Part shown: positions 39,085-48,106 of the stretch, piece after piece
How positions within the stretch are numbered: position 1 is the stretch's first letter
Layout: every line of letters begins with the position of its first letter
NCBI GenBank assembly: GCA_030830865.1
Contig: JAURME010000054.1
Location: 12,649-76,648, forward strand
Origin: Candidatus Nanopelagicales bacterium
GTDB lineage: Bacteria > Actinomycetota > Actinomycetes > S36-B12
Direction of reading: 5' to 3'
DNA: 64,000 nt
Program-made: the position numbers and the translations under genes
The notes under the pieces: generated by a model
Told to the model about the DNA's origin: nothing
What the model saw: only the letters and a program-made list of their open reading frames with translations
Databases searched by the model: none

Positions 39085-40134
39085 ATGAGACTGGGACTGA
39101 ACCTCGGATACTGGGGCGCCGGGAACGACGCCGACAACCTCGAGCTGGCACGTGAGGCCGATCGGCTCGGCTACTCCGTGGTGTGGGCTGCCGAGGCGTA
39201 CGGCTCCGATGCGGCCACCGTCCTCGCCTGGATCGCCGCGCAGACCGAGCGCATCGATGTCGGGTCGGCGGTCTTCCAGATCCCCGGTCGCACACCCGCT
39301 AATACGGCGATGACTGCGGCGACGCTCGACACGCTGTCGGGTGGCCGGTTCCGCCTGGGCCTGGGAGTCTCGGGCCCGCAGGTCTCCGAGGGCTGGCACG
39401 GTGTGCGTTTCGACAAGCCGCTCACCAGGACTCGTGAGTATGTCGACATCGTGCGGATGGCCCTGGCGCGGGAGAAGGTCCGCTACGACGGGGAGTTCTT
39501 CACCCTCCCGCTGCCCGACGGACCCGGCAAGGCCCTCACCCTGACCGTGCACCCGGTTCGGGACCGATTGCCCATCTACCTTGCTGCCATCGGGCCACGC
39601 AACCTCGCGCTCTGCGGGGAGATCGCCGACGGGTGGCTGGCGATCTTCTTCTCACCCGAGCACGCAGGGGAGCTGATGCAGCCGCTTCGGGAGGGCCGGG
39701 CGAAGGTCGGGCTGACGATGGACGGATTCGATGTCGTGCCCACCGTGCCCGTCGTCCTCGGTGACGACCCGGAGAGGTGCGCCGATCCCGTGCGGTTCTA
39801 CTCGGCGCTGTATGTCGGCGGCATGGGCAGCAAGGACCGGAACTTCTACCATCAACTGGCCTGCCGACTCGGGTACGAGGAGGCTGCTGACCGGATCCAG
39901 GAGAGCTACCTCGCACGCGACTACGACGCCGCGATGGCCGCCGTGCCGTTCGAGTTCATGGACCGCACATCGCTGCTCGGGCCGCACGATCGCGTGCGCG
40001 ATCGCCTGTCGGCCTACGCCGACGCAGGCGTGACGACGCTGACGTTGGCACTGTACGCAGGAGCGCTCGAGGAGCGGGTGGCGACCCTGCGCGAGATGGT
40101 CGACATCCTCGACGAGTCCGGTCTCGCGGAGTGA
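39085..40134 (+). CDS. LLM-class (luciferase-like) flavin/F420-dependent oxidoreductase
   Basis: [11 protein letters not shown]...[19 protein letters not shown]...[21 protein letters not shown]. Start ATG 39085 lies 5 nt after GGAGG (ATG 39073 is an alternative). Confidence 0.8.
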   Translation: MRLGLNLGYWGAGNDADNLELAREADRLGYSVVWAAEAYGSDAATVLAWIAAQTERIDVGSAVFQIPGRTPANTAMTAATLDTLSGGRFRLGLGVSGPQVSEGWHGVRFDKPLTRTREYVDIVRMALAREKVRYDGEFFTLPLPDGPGKALTLTVHPVRDRLPIYLAAIGPRNLALCGEIADGWLAIFFSPEHAGELMQPLREGRAKVGLTMDGFDVVPTVPVVLGDDPERCADPVRFYSALYVGGMGSKDRNFYHQLACRLGYEEAADRIQESYLARDYDAAMAAVPFEFMDRTSLLGPHDRVRDRLSAYADAGVTTLTLALYAGALEERVATLREMVDILDESGLAE

Positions 40135-40949
40135 GCTGGTTCGAAGCGATTGTCCTGGGTGTCGTCCAGGGTCTGACGGAGTTCTTGCCGATCTCCTCCA
40201 GTGCACACCTGCTGATCCTGTCCCAACTGTTCGGCTGGGAGGACCCGGGCGCTGCCTTCACGGCGGTCACGCAGATCGGCACGGAACTGGCGGTCATCCT
40301 GTACTTCCGCCGTGAGATCGCGGCGATCCTGCGGGCCTGGGCACGGTCGATCGTCTCCGCCGATGCCCGTCACGACCCGGATGCCCGCATGGGATGGCTC
40401 GTGATCATCGGCACCATTCCCATTGGTGTCCTGGGACTTCTCTTCGCGGACCAGATCGAGACGGTCGCACGCAACCTGTGGCTCACGGCCGCCATGCTGA
40501 TCGTGTTCGGTCTTCTCCTCGGTGTGGCTGACGCGCTCGGCACGCGTCGGAAGACCGAGCGGGACCTGACGGTTCGGGACGGACTGGTGTACGGCCTGGC
40601 GCAGTCCCTCGCGCTCATCCCCGGCGTCTCGCGCTCGGGTGCGACCATCACCGGCGGTCTGGCCATGGGCTACACGCGAGCAGCGGCAGCCCGGTATGCG
40701 TTCCTGCTCGCGATCCCTGCAGTCCTGGCGTCGGGCCTCTTCGAGGCGCGGAAGATCGGTGACGAGGCGACCGTGGCGTGGGGTCCGACCCTCCTGGCCA
40801 CCGTGATCGCCTTCGGCATCGGCCTGTCCGTCATCGCCTGGCTCATGCGCTGGCTGACGACGCGGTCCTTCGTGCCCTTCGTCATCTACCGACTCGCTCT
40901 CGGCGTCCTCGTCCTCGTGCTTCTCGCGACCGGAGTGCTGTCTGCCTGA
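40131..40949 (+). CDS. uppP: undecaprenyl-diphosphate phosphatase
   Basis: 272 aa. [18 protein letters not shown] and [10 protein letters not shown] (BacA/UppP motifs). The start overlaps the upstream stop. Confidence 0.9.
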   Translation: MSWFEAIVLGVVQGLTEFLPISSSAHLLILSQLFGWEDPGAAFTAVTQIGTELAVILYFRREIAAILRAWARSIVSADARHDPDARMGWLVIIGTIPIGVLGLLFADQIETVARNLWLTAAMLIVFGLLLGVADALGTRRKTERDLTVRDGLVYGLAQSLALIPGVSRSGATITGGLAMGYTRAAAARYAFLLAIPAVLASGLFEARKIGDEATVAWGPTLLATVIAFGIGLSVIAWLMRWLTTRSFVPFVIYRLALGVLVLVLLATGVLSA

Positions 40950-40986
40950 TGATTCCCGTTCGGGTCAACGCCTTACCCTGAACCCC

Positions 40987-41670
40987 ATGACCACCGTGCT
41001 CCTCATCCGCCATGGCCGCACCGGAGCCAACGCCAGCGGTGTTCTCGCCGGCCAGTCTCCCGGCGTGTTCCTCGACGAGCGCGGACGTGAGCAGGCCACC
41101 GCGTTGGGGCAACGCCTCGCATCGGTTCCCCTCACGACGCTGGTCTCATCGCCCTTGGACCGGACGATGGAGACAGCCGACCTCCTGCTCGCGGATCGCC
41201 AGGATGTGGACCGTTGGACCGACGATCGCTTCGTCGAGTGCGACTACGGCGATTGGACGGGTCGATCTCTTGCAGAACTCGCCAAGGAGGCGCACTGGAA
41301 GGTCGTCCAGTCCCACCCGAGTGCTGCGTCATTCCCGGGAGGGGAGAGTCTTCGAGAGGTTCAGCATCGTGCCGTCGAGGCCATCCGGGATTGGAACGCC
41401 GACCTGGGTCAGGACGCGACCTACGCCGTCGTGAGTCACGGAGACGTGATCAAGGCGATATTGGCCGATGCCCTAGGGATCCATCTGGACCAGTTCCAGC
41501 GCATCCAGGTCGACCCCGCATCTCTGAGCGTGGTCCGGTACACCGAGCTCCGACCTTTCGTGGAGCGCATGAACGACAACGGGGGGCAGGTGGATGCTCT
41601 TCGCCCGCAGCGAAAGCGGGGACGTCGGCGGGGCAGCGACGCCGCGATCGGGGGAGGATCGGGCGCATGA
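40987..41670 (+). CDS. histidine-phosphatase-superfamily protein (MSMEG_4193-type putative phosphomutase/phosphatase)
   Basis: 227 aa. LLIRHGRTGAN (RHG motif), SSPLDRTMETA and VVSHGDVIKA, with a basic Gly-rich tail. Confidence 0.85.
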   Translation: MTTVLLIRHGRTGANASGVLAGQSPGVFLDERGREQATALGQRLASVPLTTLVSSPLDRTMETADLLLADRQDVDRWTDDRFVECDYGDWTGRSLAELAKEAHWKVVQSHPSAASFPGGESLREVQHRAVEAIRDWNADLGQDATYAVVSHGDVIKAILADALGIHLDQFQRIQVDPASLSVVRYTELRPFVERMNDNGGQVDALRPQRKRGRRRGSDAAIGGGSGA

Positions 41671-42230
41671 CCCGACAGGTGTTCGACTTCACGAAACCAG
41701 AGAGGTTCGTCGTGGGAACCGTGGGAATGCCGGGGGAGCGCACGTTCTTCCTGCAGGCCCGACAGGCCGGTCATCTGACCAGCGTGGCTCTCGAGAAGGC
41801 GCAGGCTCAGGCGCTCGCCGATCGTGTCGATCAGCTGCTCGACGAGGTGCGCGACCGGGGACATGACGACATCGTCCCGGAGGGCACGACCGGTCCGTCG
41901 GACACCGACCCGTTGGACGCTCCCATCCTCGAGGAGTTCCGGGTCGGGGCGATGGCGCTGGGCTGGGACGAGGCGAACCTCCGTGTCGTGATCGAGGCGC
42001 ACGCGGTGACCGAGGAGGAGGCCGCTGAGATTCCGGACATCGGCGATGACGAGACAGAGGGGCCCGACACGCTCCGGGTGTGGCTCGAACCCGGACAGGC
42101 CCGCTCCTTCGCGGAGCGAACCCGGGCCGTCGTCGCGGCCGGACGTCCGGCCTGTCCGTTCTGCAGTCAACCCCTGGACCCGGACGGACACGTATGTCCC
42201 CGGGCCAACGGCTACCGCCGCCGAGGATGA
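41667..42230 (+). CDS. DUF3090-family protein
   Basis: 187 aa from ATG 41667 (ATGA overlap with the upstream stop). FVVGTVGMPGERTFFLQAR... and C-terminal CPFCSQPLDPDGHVCPRANG. Confidence 0.8.
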   Translation: MTRQVFDFTKPERFVVGTVGMPGERTFFLQARQAGHLTSVALEKAQAQALADRVDQLLDEVRDRGHDDIVPEGTTGPSDTDPLDAPILEEFRVGAMALGWDEANLRVVIEAHAVTEEEAAEIPDIGDDETEGPDTLRVWLEPGQARSFAERTRAVVAAGRPACPFCSQPLDPDGHVCPRANGYRRRG

Positions 42231-43042
42231 GGCCGGATCCCGCGAGTCCCTCGCAAGGCGGGAGGGCGGACGTCGACCTGCTCCAGTCGGGGGTGCTGGA
42301 GATCGAGGGGCGGCTGCTCAGTGCATCGAACGCAACGCTTCGTGCCCGGGTCTCGTCAGGCAAGAGGCAGGCGCAGTGCGTCATCAAACCGGTGGCGGGA
42401 GAACGGCCTCTCTGGGATTTCCCTGACGGCACCCTCTCAGGTCGGGAGGTGGCCGCGTATGCGATGAGCGAGGCGCTCGGCTGGGGATTGGTCCCTCCGA
42501 CCGTCTGGCGTGACGACACTCCCGTGGGACCCGGCATGGTGCAACTGTGGATCCATGAGGTAGACGAGGACCGTCCGGTCGACGTCGTTCGCCCGTCGGC
42601 GGTTCCCGAAGGTTGGCTCGTCATCCTGGAGGCCCGCGACCAGGCCGACCGGCCTGTCGTGCTGGCTCACGCCGCACGTGCCGATCTCATGAGGATGGCC
42701 GCCTTCGACGCCATCGTCAACAATGCCGACCGCAAGGGTGGACACGTGCTTGCTGACTCGTCCGGACGACTGTGGGCGATCGACCACGGGGTGACGTTCT
42801 CCGACGAGGACAAGCTCCGGACGGTTCTGTGGGGATGGGCGGGCGCTCAGTTCCCCGATGACATCCAGGACGACCTTGGCGCCCTGGCAGCTGCCCTGGA
42901 GTCCGGCCTGGTCGATGTCGAACGCTTCCTGTCGGTGGACGAACGGGAGGCGCTGCGCCGACGCGTCGGCGATCTGGTGGACTCCGGCCGCTTCCCGCTT
43001 CCGTCCGCGCACTGGCCCGCCGTGCCGTGGCCGGTGTTCTGA
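42227..43042 (+). CDS. SCO1664-family protein (PI3/PI4-kinase-like fold)
   Basis: 271 aa from ATG 42227 (ATGA overlap). CVIKPVAGERPLWDFP..., FDAIVNNADRKGGHVL and WAIDHGVTF resemble the kinase catalytic and activation loops. Confidence 0.8.
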   Translation: MRPDPASPSQGGRADVDLLQSGVLEIEGRLLSASNATLRARVSSGKRQAQCVIKPVAGERPLWDFPDGTLSGREVAAYAMSEALGWGLVPPTVWRDDTPVGPGMVQLWIHEVDEDRPVDVVRPSAVPEGWLVILEARDQADRPVVLAHAARADLMRMAAFDAIVNNADRKGGHVLADSSGRLWAIDHGVTFSDEDKLRTVLWGWAGAQFPDDIQDDLGALAAALESGLVDVERFLSVDEREALRRRVGDLVDSGRFPLPSAHWPAVPWPVF

Positions 43043-43073
43043 TCCGGCGTCCGACGCCGACTAGGGTGAGCGG

Positions 43074-44300
43074 GTGAAGTCGTGGCCCATGCCTCTGGTT
43101 CCTCGTCTGCCCGGCACGGGCGAGCAGCTGCGTCTGCACGACACCCGGACGGGCACCGTTCGCGCGACGGAGCCGGGCGAGACGGCACGCATGTATGTCT
43201 GCGGCATCACACCGTATGACGCCACGCACATGGGCCATGCCTTCACCTACGTCACCTTCGATCTCGTCAATCGGATGTGGCGGGACGCCGGCCATGACGT
43301 CCACTACGTGCAGAACGTGACCGACATCGACGACCCGCTTCTGGAGAGAGCCGTCGAGACCGGTCAGGACTGGAGGGCGATCGCCGAGCGCGAGACCGCG
43401 CTGTTCCGGGAGGACATGCAGGCGCTGAACGTCCTTCCGCCCCGTGACTACATCGGGGCAGTCGAGTCCATCCCGTCCGTTGCCCGATACGTGGAGGACC
43501 TGCAGGCCAAGGGTGCTGTCTACTCCGTGGACGGGGACCTGTACTTCTCCGTGCACGACGACGCGGAGTTCGGTTCGCTATCGAAGCTCGACGGCCAGGA
43601 GATGGCCACGATCTTCGGCGAGCGTGGCGGAGATCCGGACCGTCCGGGGAAGAGACATCCCCTCGACTGCCTCGTGTGGCAGTCGGCACGCCCCGACGAG
43701 CCCGCGTGGAACACCGAACTTGGTCACGGTCGTCCGGGGTGGCACATCGAATGCGCGGCGATCGCCTTCGACCACCTGGGTATGGGCTTCGATGTGCAGG
43801 GGGGTGGCAGCGACCTCGTCTTCCCCCACCACGAGATGAGCGCAGCGGAGGCGCAGGTACTCACCGGAGAGAGCCCCTTCGCCCACCACTATGTTCACTC
43901 CGGCATGGTGGCGTGGCAGGGACACAAGATGTCCAAGTCGCGCGGCAACCTGGTCTTCGTCTCCGAACTTCGGCATCAGGGCATCGACCCGACGGCGATC
44001 CGCCTGGCCCTGCTGGCTCACCATTACCGTTCGGACTGGGAGTGGACGCCCCAGGGGCTCGAGGGAGCGACCCAACGGCTCACCCTGTGGCGACAGGCGG
44101 CGGACCTGCCCTCCGGGCCGGAGATCGCACCCGTAGTCGCGCGCGTGCGAGCGGCGTTGGCGAACGACCTCCGCACCCCCCAAGCGCTGGATGACCTGGA
44201 TGACTGGGCCGTGGCCGCCCTGGGCTCGGGTGGATCAGACGAGTCGGCGCCCGAGCAGTTCCGGGCCATGGTCGACGCACTCCTCGGTGTGCGGCTCTAG
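43074..44300 (+). CDS. mshC: L-cysteine:1D-myo-inositol 2-amino-2-deoxy-alpha-D-glucopyranoside ligase (mycothiol biosynthesis)
   Basis: 408 aa. A CysRS-like catalytic domain without an anticodon-binding domain. [36 protein letters not shown] and KMSKSRGN. Confidence 0.9.
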   Translation: MKSWPMPLVPRLPGTGEQLRLHDTRTGTVRATEPGETARMYVCGITPYDATHMGHAFTYVTFDLVNRMWRDAGHDVHYVQNVTDIDDPLLERAVETGQDWRAIAERETALFREDMQALNVLPPRDYIGAVESIPSVARYVEDLQAKGAVYSVDGDLYFSVHDDAEFGSLSKLDGQEMATIFGERGGDPDRPGKRHPLDCLVWQSARPDEPAWNTELGHGRPGWHIECAAIAFDHLGMGFDVQGGGSDLVFPHHEMSAAEAQVLTGESPFAHHYVHSGMVAWQGHKMSKSRGNLVFVSELRHQGIDPTAIRLALLAHHYRSDWEWTPQGLEGATQRLTLWRQAADLPSGPEIAPVVARVRAALANDLRTPQALDDLDDWAVAALGSGGSDESAPEQFRAMVDALLGVRL

Positions 44301-44309
44301 GCCTTCAGG

Positions 44310-45347
44310 TCATCCCTTCTTCTCGTCGTGGCCACCGAACTGCTTGCGCATCGCGCTGAGCAGCCGATCGGCGAAGAGCCCATTGCCCTGGGACTCGAAC
44401 CGCTCGTAGAGCGCTGACGTCAGCACCGGAGCGGGCACGCCTACCTCGATGGCCGCGATCGACGTCCAGCGTCCCTCCCCGGAGTCCGAGACGCGCCCGC
44501 TGAATTCCTCCAGGGACGGTGACTCCTGCAGCGCCAACGCCGTCAGATCGAGCAGCCAGGAGCCCACGACACTGCCACGACGCCACACCTCCGCGATGGC
44601 CGGGATGTCGAAGTCGTACTGGTAGAACTGTGGATCCGTCAGCGGTGCGGTCTCGGCATCGGCATCACGGCTCACCGTCCCGGCGTTGGCGTGCTTGAGG
44701 ATGTTCAGACCTTCGGCGTAGGCGGCCATGAGCCCGTACTCGATACCGTTGTGGACCATCTTGACGAAATGGCCAGCTCCGCTGGGACCGCAGTGCAGCC
44801 AGCCGTGCTCCTCCGGCGAGGGAACCCCGGTGCGACCGGCGGTGCGCTCGGCGGTCTCGACACCCGGCGCGATGGTGTCCCAGAGGGGGATGAGGCGAGA
44901 GACCGACGAATCCGGGCCTCCGATCATGAGGCAGTAGCCCCGTTCGAGCCCCCAGACCCCGCCGGAGGTTCCGACGTCGAGGTAGTCGATACCGTACTCA
45001 GCCGCCAGACCGCTTCGACGGATGTCATCGCGGTAGTAGGAGTTGCCGCCATCGATGATGCAGTCGCCGCTGGACAGCAGGGGCACGAGGTCGTTCACGA
45101 CGGACCCGGTGATGTCGCCGGCAGGAACCATGACCCATACCGTGCGGGGACTCGGCAGCTCGGTCACGAGGTCGGCCAGCGAGGCGACCCCGGTCGCGCC
45201 ATCGGCCACGAGTGCAGCCACCGCGTCAGGATTCGGATCGAAAGCCACGCAGGCATGGCCGCCGGCCATGGCGCGGCGCGCCAGATTCGCACCCATGCGG
45301 CCCAGGCCGACCATTCCGAGCGTGATCGGTCGGTCGGATGATGACAT
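44310..45347 (-). CDS. gnd: 6-phosphogluconate dehydrogenase, decarboxylating (short form)
   Basis: 345 aa. LGMVGLGRMGANLARR, IIDGGNSYY, and GPSGAGHFVKMVHNGIEYG. Confidence 0.85.
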   Translation of the reverse strand: MSSSDRPITLGMVGLGRMGANLARRAMAGGHACVAFDPNPDAVAALVADGATGVASLADLVTELPSPRTVWVMVPAGDITGSVVNDLVPLLSSGDCIIDGGNSYYRDDIRRSGLAAEYGIDYLDVGTSGGVWGLERGYCLMIGGPDSSVSRLIPLWDTIAPGVETAERTAGRTGVPSPEEHGWLHCGPSGAGHFVKMVHNGIEYGLMAAYAEGLNILKHANAGTVSRDADAETAPLTDPQFYQYDFDIPAIAEVWRRGSVVGSWLLDLTALALQESPSLEEFSGRVSDSGEGRWTSIAAIEVGVPAPVLTSALYERFESQGNGLFADRLLSAMRKQFGGHDEKKG

Positions 45348-45407
45348 GACGCCTCCCGTGGGGGACTTCGTTGACGGACGAACTCACCGTAGTGGAAGGC
45401 TGGACCC

Positions 45408-47033
45408 ATGAGTCCCGACGACGTGCATGCGGATCCCACTCAGACGCGGGCGTGGCAGCGGCTGGCACTTCTCGCCGCGACATCGGAGTCAACGATCCGT
45501 GAACTCCTGGACGAGGACCCAGATCGGGTGAAGGCGCTGACCCATGCCGGGGCACGTGTCCACCTGGACCTGTCCCGCCAGCGCATCACGGATGATGTCC
45601 TTAGAGCTCTGCTTGATCTCGCCGTCGAGCGCAACGTCGCCGCACGCCGCGATGACATGTTGGCTGGAGTCCACATCAACGTCACCGAGGATCGTGCGGT
45701 GCTGCACACGGCCCTTCGCCGCCCGGCAGGCGCACCACAGATGGTCGACGGCACCGATGTGACGACCGAGGTCCGTGACGTCCTGGCACGTATGGCGGCC
45801 TTCGCTGAGTCAGTCCGAAGTGGAGCCTGGCTTGGTGGAACGGGTGAGCGCATCACGTCGATCGTCAACATCGGCATCGGCGGGTCCGATCTGGGGCCGG
45901 CCATGGCGCACATCGCGCTTGAGGCATTCAGTGATCGGTCCCTGGCCTTCCACTTCGTGTCGAATGTCGATCCGACGGACCTCGTCGAGGCGCTTCGCTC
46001 ATGTGACCCGGCCAGCACCCTCGTCATCGTCGCATCGAAGACCTTCACGACGCTCGAGACGATGACGAACGCCCATGCCGCGCGGAGATGGCTCGTCGAA
46101 TCGCTCGGGGACAGTGCGGTCGAGAGGCACTTCGTGGCGGTGTCCACCAATGCCGAGAAGGTGTCCGAGTTCGGGATCGACACGGCCAACATGTTCGGGT
46201 TCTGGGACTGGGTCGGCGGTCGGTACTCGATGGACTCCGCCATCGGACTGAGCACGATGATCGCCGTGGGCCCGGATGGATTCGGGCAGATGCTGGCCGG
46301 GTTTCACGCGATGGACGAGCACTTCGCCACCACGCCTCCCGAGTCGAATCTGCCGCTCCTCATGGGCCTCGTGGCCGTGTGGAACCGGACCTTCCTCGGG
46401 ATCGGCACGACCGCCGTGCTCCCGTACTCGCAGTACCTCGCACGGTTCCCCGCGTACCTGCAGCAGCTCACCATGGAGAGCAACGGCAAGAGTGTGCGCC
46501 TCGATGGCACCCCGGTGGACTACGAGACAGGGGCGATCTTCTGGGGGGAGCCCGGCACGAACGGGCAGCACTCCTTCTACCAACTCCTGCACCAGGGGAC
46601 CAGCACGGTGGCCTCGGACATCATCGTCGTGGCGCGATCGGAGAACCCCCTGACCGACCAACAGGACATGCTCGTCGCGAATGCACTGGCCCAGGCGGCC
46701 GTGCTGTCACGAGGGCGCACCCCGGAAGAGGTCGCCGCGGACGGCACACCGGCGTGGCTGGTGCCGCACAAGGTGATGCCCGGCAATCGACCGGTCTCGG
46801 TGATCAGCATCGAGAGGCTCGACCCGTTCTCTCTCGGTGCCCTCGTGGCCCTGTACGAGCACAGCGTGTTCGTACAGGGGGCAATCTGGGGGATCGGTTC
46901 GTTCGACCAGTGGGGTGTCGAACTGGGCAAGAAGGTGGCGATGGGCATCCTCGAGACCATCGAGGACGCCTCTGCTCCGGCATTCGATCCCGCCACGGAC
47001 GCGTCCATCGAGCTCTACCGCCGGCTCCGGTGA
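45408..47033 (+). CDS. pgi: glucose-6-phosphate isomerase
   Basis: 541 aa. IGIGGSDLGP, ASKTFTTLET, DWVGGRYS, ESNGK and GTNGQHSFYQLLHQG. Confidence 0.95.
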   Translation: MSPDDVHADPTQTRAWQRLALLAATSESTIRELLDEDPDRVKALTHAGARVHLDLSRQRITDDVLRALLDLAVERNVAARRDDMLAGVHINVTEDRAVLHTALRRPAGAPQMVDGTDVTTEVRDVLARMAAFAESVRSGAWLGGTGERITSIVNIGIGGSDLGPAMAHIALEAFSDRSLAFHFVSNVDPTDLVEALRSCDPASTLVIVASKTFTTLETMTNAHAARRWLVESLGDSAVERHFVAVSTNAEKVSEFGIDTANMFGFWDWVGGRYSMDSAIGLSTMIAVGPDGFGQMLAGFHAMDEHFATTPPESNLPLLMGLVAVWNRTFLGIGTTAVLPYSQYLARFPAYLQQLTMESNGKSVRLDGTPVDYETGAIFWGEPGTNGQHSFYQLLHQGTSTVASDIIVVARSENPLTDQQDMLVANALAQAAVLSRGRTPEEVAADGTPAWLVPHKVMPGNRPVSVISIERLDPFSLGALVALYEHSVFVQGAIWGIGSFDQWGVELGKKVAMGILETIEDASAPAFDPATDASIELYRRLR

Positions 47034-47055
47034 CGGCCACCGCGCCCGTCGGTCG

Positions 47056-47904
47056 TCAGCCGTCAGAACTGCGGCGCCGAAGGTAGCGCTCGAACTCCTT
47101 CGCGATGGCCTCTCCGCTGGCCTCGGGCAGCTCAACGGCATCACGAGCCTCTTCCAGCTGCTTGACGTACTCGGCCACCTCATCGTCCTCCGCTGCGAGG
47201 TCATCCACGCCCGCCTCCCAGGCTCGGGCCTCCTCCACGAGCTCGCCCAGCGGCACCGGGATGTCCAGGATGTCCTCGATCTTGCGCACGAGGGCGAGGG
47301 TCGCCTTGGGGCACGGAGGCTGACCGACGTAGTGGGGGACGGCCGCCCACAGCGAGATCGCGGGGATGCCGAACCGCTGGCAGGCGTCCTGCAGTACGCC
47401 CACGATCCCGGTCGGCCCCTCATAGGTGGATGGCTCCAGGCCGAGATCCGCTTGAAGGGCGGCATCAGAGGTGCTTCCCGTGACCGGAACCGGCCGGGTG
47501 TGCGGGATATCCGAGAGAAGGGCCCCGAGCGTGATGACCGTCGAGACGTCCAGTTCGGCAGCCAGGCCCAGCACCTCACGCGTGAACTGCTGCCACTTCA
47601 TGTTCGGCTCCACACCCTGCACGAGCACGAGGTCCCGCGGAAACAGGGGCACGCGCGCCACGAACACCCGTGTCGCCGGCCAGGTCAGCTCACGAACGCC
47701 GGCCTCGTCCAGGGCGATCATCGGGCGGTTCACCTGGTAGTCGTAGTACTCCTCCGAATCGAGATCCGCCAAAGGTTGGGCGTCCCACACCGACCGAAGG
47801 TGTGCGATGGTGCCCGACGCTGCCTCTCCGGCGTCATTCCAGCCCTCGAAGGCGGCCACCATCACGGGGTCGACAAGTACCGGGAATTCGTCGAGCTCGA
47901 TCAC
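47056..47904 (-). CDS. PAC2-family protein (homologue of proteasome assembly chaperone 2; bacterial function unknown)
   Basis: 282 aa. PVMVAAFEGWNDAGEAASGTIAHL...LVLVQGVEPNMKWQQF...GALLSDIPHTRP. Confidence 0.8.
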   Translation of the reverse strand: MIELDEFPVLVDPVMVAAFEGWNDAGEAASGTIAHLRSVWDAQPLADLDSEEYYDYQVNRPMIALDEAGVRELTWPATRVFVARVPLFPRDLVLVQGVEPNMKWQQFTREVLGLAAELDVSTVITLGALLSDIPHTRPVPVTGSTSDAALQADLGLEPSTYEGPTGIVGVLQDACQRFGIPAISLWAAVPHYVGQPPCPKATLALVRKIEDILDIPVPLGELVEEARAWEAGVDDLAAEDDEVAEYVKQLEEARDAVELPEASGEAIAKEFERYLRRRSSDG

Positions 47905-48106
47905 GCCGATGTCCTCCCGCTCAGGGCTTCGCCCGCCGCGTGACGGGGCTGCTGCCCCTCCACCCTACGGCGTGGATGAGGCGGTGTCCGTGAGGCTTCG
48001 ACGCATCCTGGCGCAGGTAGGCTTCACTCTCGTGCCCCCAGTCGACACCACGCATGCCTCGCCCCATCCGGTCAACGGTCCAGGCTCCCTGAGGGAGGCG
48101 TTGGCC

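Noticed and set aside
39019-39552. 178-codon N-terminal extension of the aldo/keto reductase ORF
   Set aside because: It overlaps the divergent LLM oxidoreductase gene. The AKR consensus begins at METRPLGRSG (ATG 39018).
47807-48031. Longest-ORF start of metH at 47807
   Set aside because: It would overlap the divergent PAC2 gene by about 100 nt and adds Ser/Pro/Ala-rich sequence. The homocysteine-binding domain begins near 48107.
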